64,000 bases of DNA from IMG/VR virus record IMGVR_UViG_3300032030_000062, positions 9,039-73,038 of that record; one strand, given 5' to 3'. The DNA is from a virus. Lineage: Duplodnaviria > Caudoviricetes. Both the position numbers and the translations under genes were made by a program. The notes beneath the pieces are model-generated. The model was not told where the DNA came from and did not search any database. It was given only the letters and a program-made list of their open reading frames with translations. Shown piece after piece: positions 20,548 to 28,467 of the stretch (the stretch's first letter is position 1; the number at the start of each line of letters is the position of its first letter).

Positions 20548-20570
20548 AACTAACTTAAAGCAGGCAGTAT
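20548..20570 (+). repeat. Cassette-junction site, copy 2
   Basis: AACTAACTTAAAGCAGGCAGTAT, immediately after the stop codon. Confidence 0.8.
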
Positions 20571-20582
20571 GGAGATTATTAC

Positions 20583-20705
20583 ATGATAATTCTTATAGCG
20601 GTATTAACATTACTCGGCATAATAAGTTCGATTTATGAAATCCGAAACGAAACCGAGGATGATAAAAAGAAAAAGAAATGGCTGTTTGAACACGGTCTTT
20701 ACTAA
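20583..20705 (+). CDS. Small membrane protein (40 aa, cassette gene)
   Basis: MIILIAVLTLLGIISSIYEIRNETEDDKKKKKWLFEHGLY; GGAG RBS; stop codon lies within repeat copy 3; below ORF-track cutoff. Confidence 0.6.
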   Translation: MIILIAVLTLLGIISSIYEIRNETEDDKKKKKWLFEHGLY

Positions 20706-20722
20706 CTTAAAGCAGACGGTAT
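20700..20722 (+). repeat. Cassette-junction site, copy 3
   Basis: TACTAACTTAAAGCAGACGGTAT. Confidence 0.8.
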
Positions 20723-20736
20723 AAAGGATAATACAA

Positions 20737-20820
20737 ATGGTATATTTAATAGGTGGTTTAGTTATAGGTTTTGCAGGCGGGATGATGTTTGCAACTATGA
20801 TATTCGATAAGGAGAGATGA
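20737..20820 (+). CDS. Small hydrophobic peptide (27 aa)
   Basis: MVYLIGGLVIGFAGGMMFATMIFDKER; AAAGGA RBS; ATGA overlap with next gene. Confidence 0.5.
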   Translation: MVYLIGGLVIGFAGGMMFATMIFDKER

Positions 20821-21077
20821 ATATGACATTTGGAGAAGCACTTGAAAAAGTAAAAGAAGGTAAACGTATTTCAAGAAAAGGATGGAATGGTAAAGAACAA
20901 TATGTAGAACTTGCTACCCATGTTTCGTATCAAAACTCTAAAGGTGAAATTATAAATCCACAACACGATGCATTTGCAGGAAGTATTGCCCTTGCTTTTG
21001 TAGGTACTTCTGGAATACAGATTGGATGGCTTGCTTCACAAGCAGATATGTTAGCTAACGACTGGGAGGTTAAATAA
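20817..21077 (+). CDS. DUF2829 / Tad2-like protein (putative anti-Thoeris sponge)
   Basis: MTFGEALEKVKEGKRISRKGWNGK..GWLASQADMLANDWEV matches the DUF2829 pattern. Confidence 0.8.
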   Translation: MNMTFGEALEKVKEGKRISRKGWNGKEQYVELATHVSYQNSKGEIINPQHDAFAGSIALAFVGTSGIQIGWLASQADMLANDWEVK

Positions 21078-21349
21078 TGAACTATACACTGGTTATATCG
21101 GTATGTTCTTTACTCTTAGCCGGGTATACTTTTCTCAGTAAGAATAATAAGGAAAATACAACAGAACTAACAACCGTCATTGTGAAGTTGGAAAATATAG
21201 GTAATGGAATAAGGGACATTAAGACTGAATTAGCTACATTAAAGAATGATCAGAAAGAAGATCATGATAAGATTATAAAGTTGGAAGCTTCTATAGCAAC
21301 TGCCTGGAAACGCATTGATGAGATAAAGAAGGAAGATGCAAATTTATGA
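21077..21349 (+). CDS. Holin-like / XhlA-like membrane protein
   Basis: Single N-terminal TM helix plus coiled coil ending AWKRID. Confidence 0.55.
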   Translation: MNYTLVISVCSLLLAGYTFLSKNNKENTTELTTVIVKLENIGNGIRDIKTELATLKNDQKEDHDKIIKLEASIATAWKRIDEIKKEDANL

Positions 21350-21545
21350 TTTTACAGTTCCAGAATTAAATAAGTTTAGGGAATTATGTAACTTTGATGA
21401 ACAGGAATTAACTTATTTTAATTTCCGCGCCCGTCATAAATCAAATACATTTATCTCTATGGAGATGCATGTATCAGAAGCACAAGTATCAAAGTTGGCA
21501 AAACGTGTAAAGAGTAAGATTTTAAGAGTAACTCCTTATTTATAA
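21336..21545 (+). CDS. Small HTH regulator (sigma region-4/LuxR-like)
   Basis: ELCNFDEQEL.YF..RAR.KS..ISMEMHVSEAQVSKLAKRVKSKI pattern. Confidence 0.6.
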   Translation: MQIYDFTVPELNKFRELCNFDEQELTYFNFRARHKSNTFISMEMHVSEAQVSKLAKRVKSKILRVTPYL

Positions 21546-21564
21546 AAAACGTATAATTTTTGTA

Positions 21565-21596
21565 AGAGTACCGTATAAGTGCGGTACTCTTTTTTT
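21565..21596 (+). terminator. Rho-independent terminator or operator palindrome
   Basis: AGAGTACCG-N8-CGGTACTCT followed by T run; TATAAT at 21600-05 directly after. Confidence 0.65.
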
Positions 21597-21632
21597 GTCT
21601 ATAATTACAATCAAATAAAGGAGGTGTAAGCG

Positions 21633-21812
21633 ATGCAAGATATTGGTGAGGCATTAAATACGATAATGCAGGAAAAACAATGTTCGCCCGTTTATGCCTT
21701 CTTTTTATTATCTGAAAGTCAGAGAGAAGGTGGTAAAGATGGGCTACGTGAATTACAATCCAAATCCGACAAGAAAATTAGTAGGAGATTGCGTTATAAG
21801 GGCGATTTCTAA
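21633..21812 (+). CDS. Small hypothetical protein (59 aa)
   Basis: AAAGGAGGTG RBS, ATG 21633, TAA 21810-12; overlaps next gene. Confidence 0.5.
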   Translation: MQDIGEALNTIMQEKQCSPVYAFFLLSESQREGGKDGLRELQSKSDKKISRRLRYKGDF

Positions 21813-22116
21813 AACAATGGACAGAGATTGGGAAGATGTATATTTGGATGTAATGATACAAGGTTTTACTATGCATGATATGCCATCTTCCAATGACGTA
21901 TGGGGAACTTATTTAGCAGATCATGGTTTTAGAAGATATGTTATTCCTGATACTTGTCCCTATTGTTATACAGTAAATCAGTTTGTAATGGATAATCCAG
22001 ATTTAACTGGAATACTCGCTACTGGTACTCATGTAATAGCAGTAAGCGATGGAAATTATTATGATACATGGGATAGTGGAAATGAAGTTCCCATTTATTA
22101 TTGGAGGAAAGAATGA
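21739..22116 (+). CDS. Putative papain-fold/C39-like peptidase
   Basis: GDC, GTHV and YYDTWD could supply a Cys-His-Asp triad. Confidence 0.45.
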   Translation: MGYVNYNPNPTRKLVGDCVIRAISKTMDRDWEDVYLDVMIQGFTMHDMPSSNDVWGTYLADHGFRRYVIPDTCPYCYTVNQFVMDNPDLTGILATGTHVIAVSDGNYYDTWDSGNEVPIYYWRKE

Positions 22117-22574
22117 TGGCATATAACAACGGTTTTCCAGTAGGTTATCAACCTATGTATCCTCAGTATAATTTTGTTCCTCAACAGCAACAGTATACTC
22201 CCTCAACTATACCTCAACAGAATTATACTCCATCAACTGTATCTCAACAGCAACCCGTTAATGATACTGGTATTTTATGGGTACAAGGTGAAGCAGGAGC
22301 AAAGTCGTGGGCAGTAGCACCGGGAAAAAGTGTAATGCTTATGGACAGTGAATCAAATACTTTTTATATTAAATCATCCGATCAAAGTGGTATGCCAATG
22401 CCATTAAGAATATTTGATTATCAAGAGAGAACATCCCAAACTAATCAATCCCAATTAGCACAACACCAAGAATTTGATACATCACAATTTGTTACTTGGG
22501 ATAAATTAGATGAACGTATAACACAAAAATTGGATGAATTTACAAGACCATCGGGAGGTAATAATAATGGGTAA
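22113..22574 (+). CDS. Conserved hypothetical, Gln/Pro-rich N-terminus
   Basis: WVQGEAGAKSWAVAPGKSVMLMDSE..FYIKS core. Confidence 0.75.
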   Translation: MMAYNNGFPVGYQPMYPQYNFVPQQQQYTPSTIPQQNYTPSTVSQQQPVNDTGILWVQGEAGAKSWAVAPGKSVMLMDSESNTFYIKSSDQSGMPMPLRIFDYQERTSQTNQSQLAQHQEFDTSQFVTWDKLDERITQKLDEFTRPSGGNNNG

Positions 22575-22788
22575 TTCTTTATATAGTTCAATAGGAAATA
22601 GTTCTCAGAATATGCCGTTTAATATGCAGGAAATAACAAATAGATTAAATCAGTTTAGACAATCTTTTTCTGGTGACCCTAAAGCACAGGTTCAACAGCT
22701 TCTTAATTCTGGAAGAATGACGCAGAGTCAATATAATCAATTATCCCAAATGGCAACACAGATTCAAAAAATGCTTACCAAACAGTGA
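22567..22788 (+). CDS. Conserved hypothetical (Gln-rich, helical)
   Basis: DPKAQVQQLLNSGRMTQSQYNQL; GGGAGG RBS. Confidence 0.75.
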   Translation: MGNSLYSSIGNSSQNMPFNMQEITNRLNQFRQSFSGDPKAQVQQLLNSGRMTQSQYNQLSQMATQIQKMLTKQ

Positions 22789-22842
22789 TACAAATACCAT
22801 GGCCAAGGTTAATGTATAAATTTATTAAGGAGGTTAAAGACG

Positions 22843-23772
22843 ATGGCTTTAACAGAAGGTGGAAATGGAGGTAATGAAATGGTTATGCCTGTAGCACCTA
22901 TGTATGGTGGCGGTGGTTCCGGCTTTGGTGGCTGGGGCGGCGATAACGGTTGGTGGATTATTCTTCTGTTCCTGTTTGCTCTTGGCGGTTGGGGCAACGG
23001 CTTCGGTGGAGGCTATGGTGGAGGCGGTGCAATGCCTTACATCATGAGCAATACTACCAATGCAGATGTTCAGCGTGGTTTTGACCAGCAGGCAGTAATG
23101 AGTGGGATTTCCGGCATACAGTCTGGTATTTCTGGATTATCTACTCAACTGTGTGGATGCTGTGCAGATGTGCAACAGTCCTTATGCAATGGTTTCGCAG
23201 GAGTTAATGCAACAGTTAATAGTGGATTCGCTAATGCTGAAACAGCGGCAAATGCCCGTCAGATGGCGAACATGAATCAGGCATTCAATGCCCAGACAGC
23301 TATGATGCAAGGATTCAACAACATCGGTTCTCAGTTTGCCGATTGTTGCTGTGAGAACAGACTTGGACTTGCCGATCTGAAATACACGGTGGCGACAGAG
23401 AATTGTGCTGATAGAACTGCGGCGGCTCAGAATACAAGGGACATTATTGATTCTCAGACTCGTGGCACTCAGGCTATTCTTGATAAACTTTGCCAGCTTG
23501 AACTTGACGGAGTTAAGGCTCAGGTTGAAGCTAAGAATGATAGAATTTCTGAACTTCAGACCCAGCTTAACATGGCTAATCTTGCGGCTTCTCAGACCGC
23601 TCAGAATGCCCTTATTCAGAATGGTTTTGCTAACGAGGTTGATGCTCTGTATAACAGACTTAACTCCTGTCCTGTCCCGACTACTCCGGTTTATGGTCGT
23701 ACTCCTATTTTTACTTGTTCGCAGAATCCGTACGATGGGTGCAGATGCGGCGGTAACGGATTCGCAAATTGA
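22843..23772 (+). CDS. Gly-rich hydrophobic-peptide / Cys-cluster coiled-coil protein
   Basis: GGWGGDNGWWIILLFLFALGGWG segment, CGCC and CCCEN clusters, long heptad region; strongly biased codons. Confidence 0.8.
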   Translation: MALTEGGNGGNEMVMPVAPMYGGGGSGFGGWGGDNGWWIILLFLFALGGWGNGFGGGYGGGGAMPYIMSNTTNADVQRGFDQQAVMSGISGIQSGISGLSTQLCGCCADVQQSLCNGFAGVNATVNSGFANAETAANARQMANMNQAFNAQTAMMQGFNNIGSQFADCCCENRLGLADLKYTVATENCADRTAAAQNTRDIIDSQTRGTQAILDKLCQLELDGVKAQVEAKNDRISELQTQLNMANLAASQTAQNALIQNGFANEVDALYNRLNSCPVPTTPVYGRTPIFTCSQNPYDGCRCGGNGFAN

Positions 23773-23784
23773 TGAGGTGATACT

Positions 23785-24240
23785 ATGGCAAAGTATATTA
23801 CATCAACGGATCAAAACGTTGCTCTGAACGGTACCTTTCCGTTTAACATTGTATCTATCCCGTGTAATAAAGGATGTGTAATCCCTATCACAACTGGGGT
23901 TCTTACTTTACAAGGTAGCAGAACTAATAGATTTGCGAGATATGAGGTTGAACTTCAGGCAAATATTGCGATTCCAGAAGGTGGAACTGTTACGCCAATA
24001 GCAGTCGCAATCACACTTAATGGTGTAGCTATTCCTGATAGTGTAGCAATTATTACTCCCGCGGCGGCAGAAGATGTGTGGCATATTAGCACATCCGCGA
24101 CAATCACAGTACCGTGTGATTGTTGTGTATCAGTTTCGGCCGCTTACGTGGATGCCACAGAAGATGATGCAACAGTGACTCCTACTCCGTCAATTTTTGT
24201 ACGGAGAAACGCCTCGCTGACCGTATCCAGAACAGCATAA
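23785..24240 (+). CDS. Beta-sandwich protein (BclA-CTD/C1q-like fold suspected)
   Basis: All-beta pattern (ARYEVELQANIAIP, VAITLNG, ATITVPCDCC); fold is inference. Confidence 0.55.
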   Translation: MAKYITSTDQNVALNGTFPFNIVSIPCNKGCVIPITTGVLTLQGSRTNRFARYEVELQANIAIPEGGTVTPIAVAITLNGVAIPDSVAIITPAAAEDVWHISTSATITVPCDCCVSVSAAYVDATEDDATVTPTPSIFVRRNASLTVSRTA

Positions 24241-24257
24241 GAAAGGAGGTATGTCAA

Positions 24258-24992
24258 ATGGATAAGAATTATGAAGCTATAAAAGAAATTCTGGAAGATC
24301 AGATTAAAAAGATCGTCAAAAAAGGAGACATATCTCCTCAGGAACTTGATAATCTCTATAAAGCCTCTGCTATTTGTTTAGACTTTGAAACAAAAGATGC
24401 CATGAAGAAAGCTGAGGAACAGCAAAAACAAGGCGGTCAGTCTATGAACAGCTATAATATGGGTAACCGTAGAGGTTCTTATAATATGGGCGGTTCTAAT
24501 GAAGGTGGAAATTCTACTCATTATCCGTGGTTTATGTACGCAGGTGATGGAACATATGATTTCGGAAATAGTGGTAACTCTTATGGACCTATCTGGAATC
24601 AGGATATGGAAAATAAGTCTCTGCATGAATTACACTCTCAGGACGGCAATAGCAATAGAAGAGGCGTAAAAGGAACCGGACGTGGCAATTCTTATGATCG
24701 TTCCTATGAAGGTGCGTATGACGGTGCTTATGATGGAGCATACGACGGTAGTTATGATGGAAGTTATAACGGTAGCTATGACGGGTCTATGGATGCTTCT
24801 GGTGATAATTCCTATCGCCGGGGCAGAGATCAAAGAACTGGCAGATATGTAAGTCGTGATAATAGAGGATATAGTCGTGCGATGGATAAACAGCGCATGA
24901 TCGGTAAACTCGAAGATATGATGGACGATGCTCCGTCAGAAAAAGAACGGCGTACATTACAGCAATGCGTTGACAAACTGGAAAGACAGTAA
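24258..24992 (+). CDS. Low-complexity Gly/Ser/Tyr/Asp protein
   Basis: YDG(A/S) repeats, RRGRDQRTGRYVSR motif, helical termini. Confidence 0.75.
   Translation: MDKNYEAIKEILEDQIKKIVKKGDISPQELDNLYKASAICLDFETKDAMKKAEEQQKQGGQSMNSYNMGNRRGSYNMGGSNEGGNSTHYPWFMYAGDGTYDFGNSGNSYGPIWNQDMENKSLHELHSQDGNSNRRGVKGTGRGNSYDRSYEGAYDGAYDGAYDGSYDGSYNGSYDGSMDASGDNSYRRGRDQRTGRYVSRDNRGYSRAMDKQRMIGKLEDMMDDAPSEKERRTLQQCVDKLERQ
24693..24788 (+). repeat. Eight 12-bp coding repeats (YD/E/N-G/R-A/S)
   Basis: TATGATCGTTCC TATGAAGGTGCG TATGACGGTGCT TATGATGGAGCA TACGACGGTAGT ... Confidence 0.85.
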
Positions 24993-25002
24993 TCAATTAC
25001 AG

Positions 25003-25033
25003 AAGAGGGAGAGATAATTCTCCCTCTTTTTTT
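25003..25033 (+). terminator. Rho-independent terminator
   Basis: AAGAGGGAGA/TCTCCCTCTT stem plus T run. Confidence 0.8.
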
Positions 25034-25048
25034 ATTAGGAGAATCAGA

Positions 25049-25399
25049 ATGAATTTAGCAGTTATAAATAATATGATAACAGAATTGGAAAAGAATGATG
25101 ATACATCATTATCTAATATAAGGAACTTATCAGCTTTATACATTGTTAGAGATCATTTATCTATAGAGGAATCAAACGATAAAACAGTATCAGAATTAAA
25201 TGATATATTGCCGTCATATATACAATATAAAGCAATAAAGCGCAAATATCAGTTAGGGGAGGCATCAAAAGAACGTGTTCTTTCTTATTTAAAGAGCGTG
25301 TGCAAAGAGATCAAAGAATTTATGCAAACACTATATAGTGGAACAGATATGCAGGAAGAACGTGATATATTAAAACAACTTGTAAAAGATATGCAGTGA
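25049..25399 (+). CDS. Hypothetical protein
   Basis: 116-aa ORF with AGGAG RBS. Confidence 0.7.
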   Translation: MNLAVINNMITELEKNDDTSLSNIRNLSALYIVRDHLSIEESNDKTVSELNDILPSYIQYKAIKRKYQLGEASKERVLSYLKSVCKEIKEFMQTLYSGTDMQEERDILKQLVKDMQ

Positions 25400-25414
25400 C
25401 GCATATCTTTTTTT
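25385..25414 (+). terminator. Rho-independent terminator ending the structural/late arm
   Basis: AAAGATATGC/GCATATCTTT plus T run. Confidence 0.75.
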
Positions 25415-25415
25415 A

Positions 25416-25444
25416 TTGACTTTCTTTTAAATATGTAGTACAAT
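25416..25444 (+). promoter_or_regulatory. Sigma-A promoter
   Basis: TTGACT-17-TACAAT with ATGTAG upstream of -10. Confidence 0.75.
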
Positions 25445-25484
25445 ATTTCTGTAAGCAAGTAAACGCATTCATAAAGGAGGAATT

Positions 25485-25997
25485 ATGAAAAGTATTACTC
25501 TTTTGTTACAGGACGCACTTGATGTTATGGAAGACCTCGATATTGAAGTTGAGCCTATTTCTAAGATTACGTGGAACTACAGATTGAAATCTGTATGGGG
25601 TAAATGTATCAGACAGAATAATATGTACAGGATCGAATTGAATCCGATTTTAGATGATGACGATGTATCTTGGGAAGATGCATTGAATACCGTTATTCAT
25701 GAGGTACTGCATTGTCATCCAGATAGATTCTGTCATACAGGCGAATGGAAAAGATGCGCTGATTTAGTTAATAGAGAATATCCTATTTATCATATTGAAA
25801 GAACTACTTCCGCTGAAGAGAAAGGTGTTGAAAACAAAATTCAGAGGAGTTATAAATACGAAACCGTTTGTTTAGATTGTGGTCATACAGAAAGATGGCA
25901 GAGAGAATCACGGGTGATAAAAGCTTTAAAAAGAAATTCTCATTCCTGCCGTTGCTCATGCGGTTCTACTAATATACAGTTGATTGTTTTAAAATAA
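25485..25997 (+). CDS. SprT-like zinc metalloprotease with Zn ribbon
   Basis: HEVLH..H motif, WGKC, C-terminal CxxC..CxCG. Confidence 0.85.
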   Translation: MKSITLLLQDALDVMEDLDIEVEPISKITWNYRLKSVWGKCIRQNNMYRIELNPILDDDDVSWEDALNTVIHEVLHCHPDRFCHTGEWKRCADLVNREYPIYHIERTTSAEEKGVENKIQRSYKYETVCLDCGHTERWQRESRVIKALKRNSHSCRCSCGSTNIQLIVLK

Positions 25998-26000
25998 TCG

Positions 26001-26029
26001 TTGACAGCTATATAAATGTGTAGTATAAT
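26001..26029 (+). promoter_or_regulatory. Sigma-A promoter
   Basis: TTGACA-17-TATAAT. Confidence 0.8.
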
Positions 26030-26073
26030 ATTTACAGTTACAAGATAACACGATTCAAGAGAGGAGAAAAATT

Positions 26074-26328
26074 ATGGTAAAAGAATTTGAAAAAGTGATG
26101 GCAATGGTTAGTTTAACGGAAAGTTTTGATGATGCATATGATGCATTGGCAGCAATTGGGATGAGTATTGACTCCATTGCTTTAAAGCATAACATTCCGA
26201 TTAACAAGTTACTGGCTCAGTTGATAACTGTCGTTAAAGAAGTGAATGAACAGGACGGACCGCTTACTGAATTGTCTGGAACAAAGTGTACTGTTAAGAT
26301 TGTTAGAAAGGAGCAGAAAAATGATTGA
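26074..26328 (+). CDS. Hypothetical protein
   Basis: GAGGAG RBS, 84 aa. Confidence 0.65.
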   Translation: MVKEFEKVMAMVSLTESFDDAYDALAAIGMSIDSIALKHNIPINKLLAQLITVVKEVNEQDGPLTELSGTKCTVKIVRKEQKND

Positions 26329-27997
26329 CGTTAGATTGGCAGAAGCTACTAAGGTCAACGGGGATTGGTCACTTTATGTGACCTTTCCCTACGATCAGAA
26401 AATCGTTGATGTAATTAGGGGATTTTCAAGTCGTTCTTGGGATAAAGATAAGAAAGAATGGGAACTTCCCATTAAATGTTTTAAGTCTTTTATTGATTCC
26501 CTTCCGGATTTTGATTTTGATATTCATGGGAAATGGGAAGCATTAGCAGAGAAAAAAGAAGTTGCTATTCCTGCCGGATTTCAGTTTAAGACTAATCCTT
26601 TTCAGCATCAGATTGAAGGATTTCAGTACGGACTTAATAACGATAGATGGTTATTAGGGGATGAACAGGGGTTAGGAAAGACAAAGCAAGTTATTGACAT
26701 TGCAGTGGCAAAGAAACTTGTTAAAGGTTATAAACATTGTCTCATTGTTTGTGGTGTGAATGGACTTAAATGGAATTGGGTAAATGAAGTTCGTACCCAT
26801 TCAAATGAAGATGCTTGGATTCTTGGACAGAGATATAAAGCCGGTCATAGAGTTATTGGGAGTCTTATCGATAGAATTGAAGATGTAAAACGCATTAAGG
26901 AAATTGAAAGTTATTTTCTTATTACCAATGTAGAAACATTGAGAAATGAGGAGATTACAAAAGAAATTCAGAAACTCTGTAAAGATGGAACTATTGGTCT
27001 TGTTGCTATTGACGAGATTCATAAATGCAAGAATCCTACATCACAGCAAGGAAAAGCAATTCTGAAAATTCAGCCTGAATGTAGAATTGCTATGACGGGT
27101 ACTCCGCTCATGAATAATCCTTTTGATTTGTATATCATTCTCAAATGGTTGGGATATGAGAAACATCCTTTCTATGCTTTCAAAAAGCATTACGGATTGT
27201 TCGGTGGATACGGTGGATATGAAGTCGTTGGTTATCGTTATCTTGACGAACTTCAGGCACAGTTAGAAGAAATCATGCTTAGGAGATTAAAGAAAGATGT
27301 TCTTGATCTGCCTGAAAAGACTCGTATTACAGAATATGTGGAAATGACTCCAAAGCAGAGACAGATTTATAATGAGGTAACTGCTGATATTAAGATGAAC
27401 ATTGACCAGATTAAAATGCAGAATAATCCTCTTGCGGAACTTATCAGAATGAGACAGGCAACCGGATATACAGGTATTCTTTCTTCTACAGTTAAAGAGA
27501 GTGCTAAACTTGACAGAATGGAAGAACTTGTGGAAGAAGCTGTAGAAAACGGTAAAAAAGTTGTTATCTTTTCTAACTGGACACAGATGACCGATGTAAT
27601 TTGTAACAGACTTATAAAATATTCCCCGGCTGTTATTACGGGCGATATTAGCGATAATATGCGCCAAACAATGGTAAATGAGTTTCAGAATAACGATAGC
27701 TGTAAAGTTATTATCGGTACTATCGGTGCTATGGGTACAGGACTTACTCTTACAGCCGGTACAGTTGAAATCTTTATGGATGAACCGTGGAATCGTGCTA
27801 ATAAAGAACAGGCAGAAGATAGATGTCATCGTGTAGGTACTACTGAAAATGTAACTATTTACACACTTGTCTGTAAAGATACCATCGATGAAAGAATCAA
27901 TGAACTTGTTGAAAAGAAAGGTGCTATGGCAGATGCATTAGTTGACGGACAAGTTAAAATAGATAAAGGACAGTTACTTGATTTTCTCATTAACTAA
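26321..27997 (+). CDS. SNF2-family helicase with N-terminal HARP-like domain
   Basis: DEQGLGKT, DEIH, MTGTP, QAEDRCHRVG motifs; start at ATG 26321. Confidence 0.92.
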   Translation: MIDVRLAEATKVNGDWSLYVTFPYDQKIVDVIRGFSSRSWDKDKKEWELPIKCFKSFIDSLPDFDFDIHGKWEALAEKKEVAIPAGFQFKTNPFQHQIEGFQYGLNNDRWLLGDEQGLGKTKQVIDIAVAKKLVKGYKHCLIVCGVNGLKWNWVNEVRTHSNEDAWILGQRYKAGHRVIGSLIDRIEDVKRIKEIESYFLITNVETLRNEEITKEIQKLCKDGTIGLVAIDEIHKCKNPTSQQGKAILKIQPECRIAMTGTPLMNNPFDLYIILKWLGYEKHPFYAFKKHYGLFGGYGGYEVVGYRYLDELQAQLEEIMLRRLKKDVLDLPEKTRITEYVEMTPKQRQIYNEVTADIKMNIDQIKMQNNPLAELIRMRQATGYTGILSSTVKESAKLDRMEELVEEAVENGKKVVIFSNWTQMTDVICNRLIKYSPAVITGDISDNMRQTMVNEFQNNDSCKVIIGTIGAMGTGLTLTAGTVEIFMDEPWNRANKEQAEDRCHRVGTTENVTIYTLVCKDTIDERINELVEKKGAMADALVDGQVKIDKGQLLDFLIN

Positions 27998-28011
27998 ATA
28001 TTGAAAAATAG

Positions 28012-28041
28012 GTTGACAAGCTAAGTTATTAGCTTGTCAAC
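28012..28041. promoter_or_regulatory. Perfect 13-bp inverted repeat (terminator or operator)
   Basis: GTTGACAAGCTAA-GTTA-TTAGCTTGTCAAC, immediately before a promoter; weak U tract. Confidence 0.55.
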
Positions 28042-28044
28042 TTG

Positions 28045-28073
28045 TTGACAAATTTACTATTATGTTATATAAT
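28045..28073 (+). promoter_or_regulatory. Sigma-A promoter
   Basis: TTGACA-17-TATAAT. Confidence 0.8.
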
Positions 28074-28143
28074 ATTGTAAATGAAAACTATGAGCAGATG
28101 ATAGAAAAGGATGTGATGATTATGTGAATGGAGGTAATTTTAT

Positions 28144-28467
28144 ATGGCAGAAATAGTAAATGATGTGCTAACAAATAATACAGAACGACTACTAAAAATT
28201 GAAGAAGTAGCAGTTATAATAGGTAGTTCTTCTAAATCAATAAATAATTGGTATTGGTTTAAAAGAGAAAATCCTGACAATGAATATTCTCAAATGTTGC
28301 CCGACTATATTCAAGACGGAGAACGACAGACAAGATATTGGAAAGAATCCGATATTTGGAAACTGATTGAATTTAAACAAACAATTCCTCGTGGTAGAAG
28401 TGGAATATTAGGTAGCGTTACTCAAAAGTATTATCATAAACGGAGGGAAAAGAATGAATCTAACTGA
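28144..28467 (+). CDS. HTH DNA-binding protein (AlpA/Xis-like)
   Basis: LLKIEEVAVIIGSSSKSINNWY, RYWKESDI. Confidence 0.65.
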   Translation: MAEIVNDVLTNNTERLLKIEEVAVIIGSSSKSINNWYWFKRENPDNEYSQMLPDYIQDGERQTRYWKESDIWKLIEFKQTIPRGRSGILGSVTQKYYHKRREKNESN

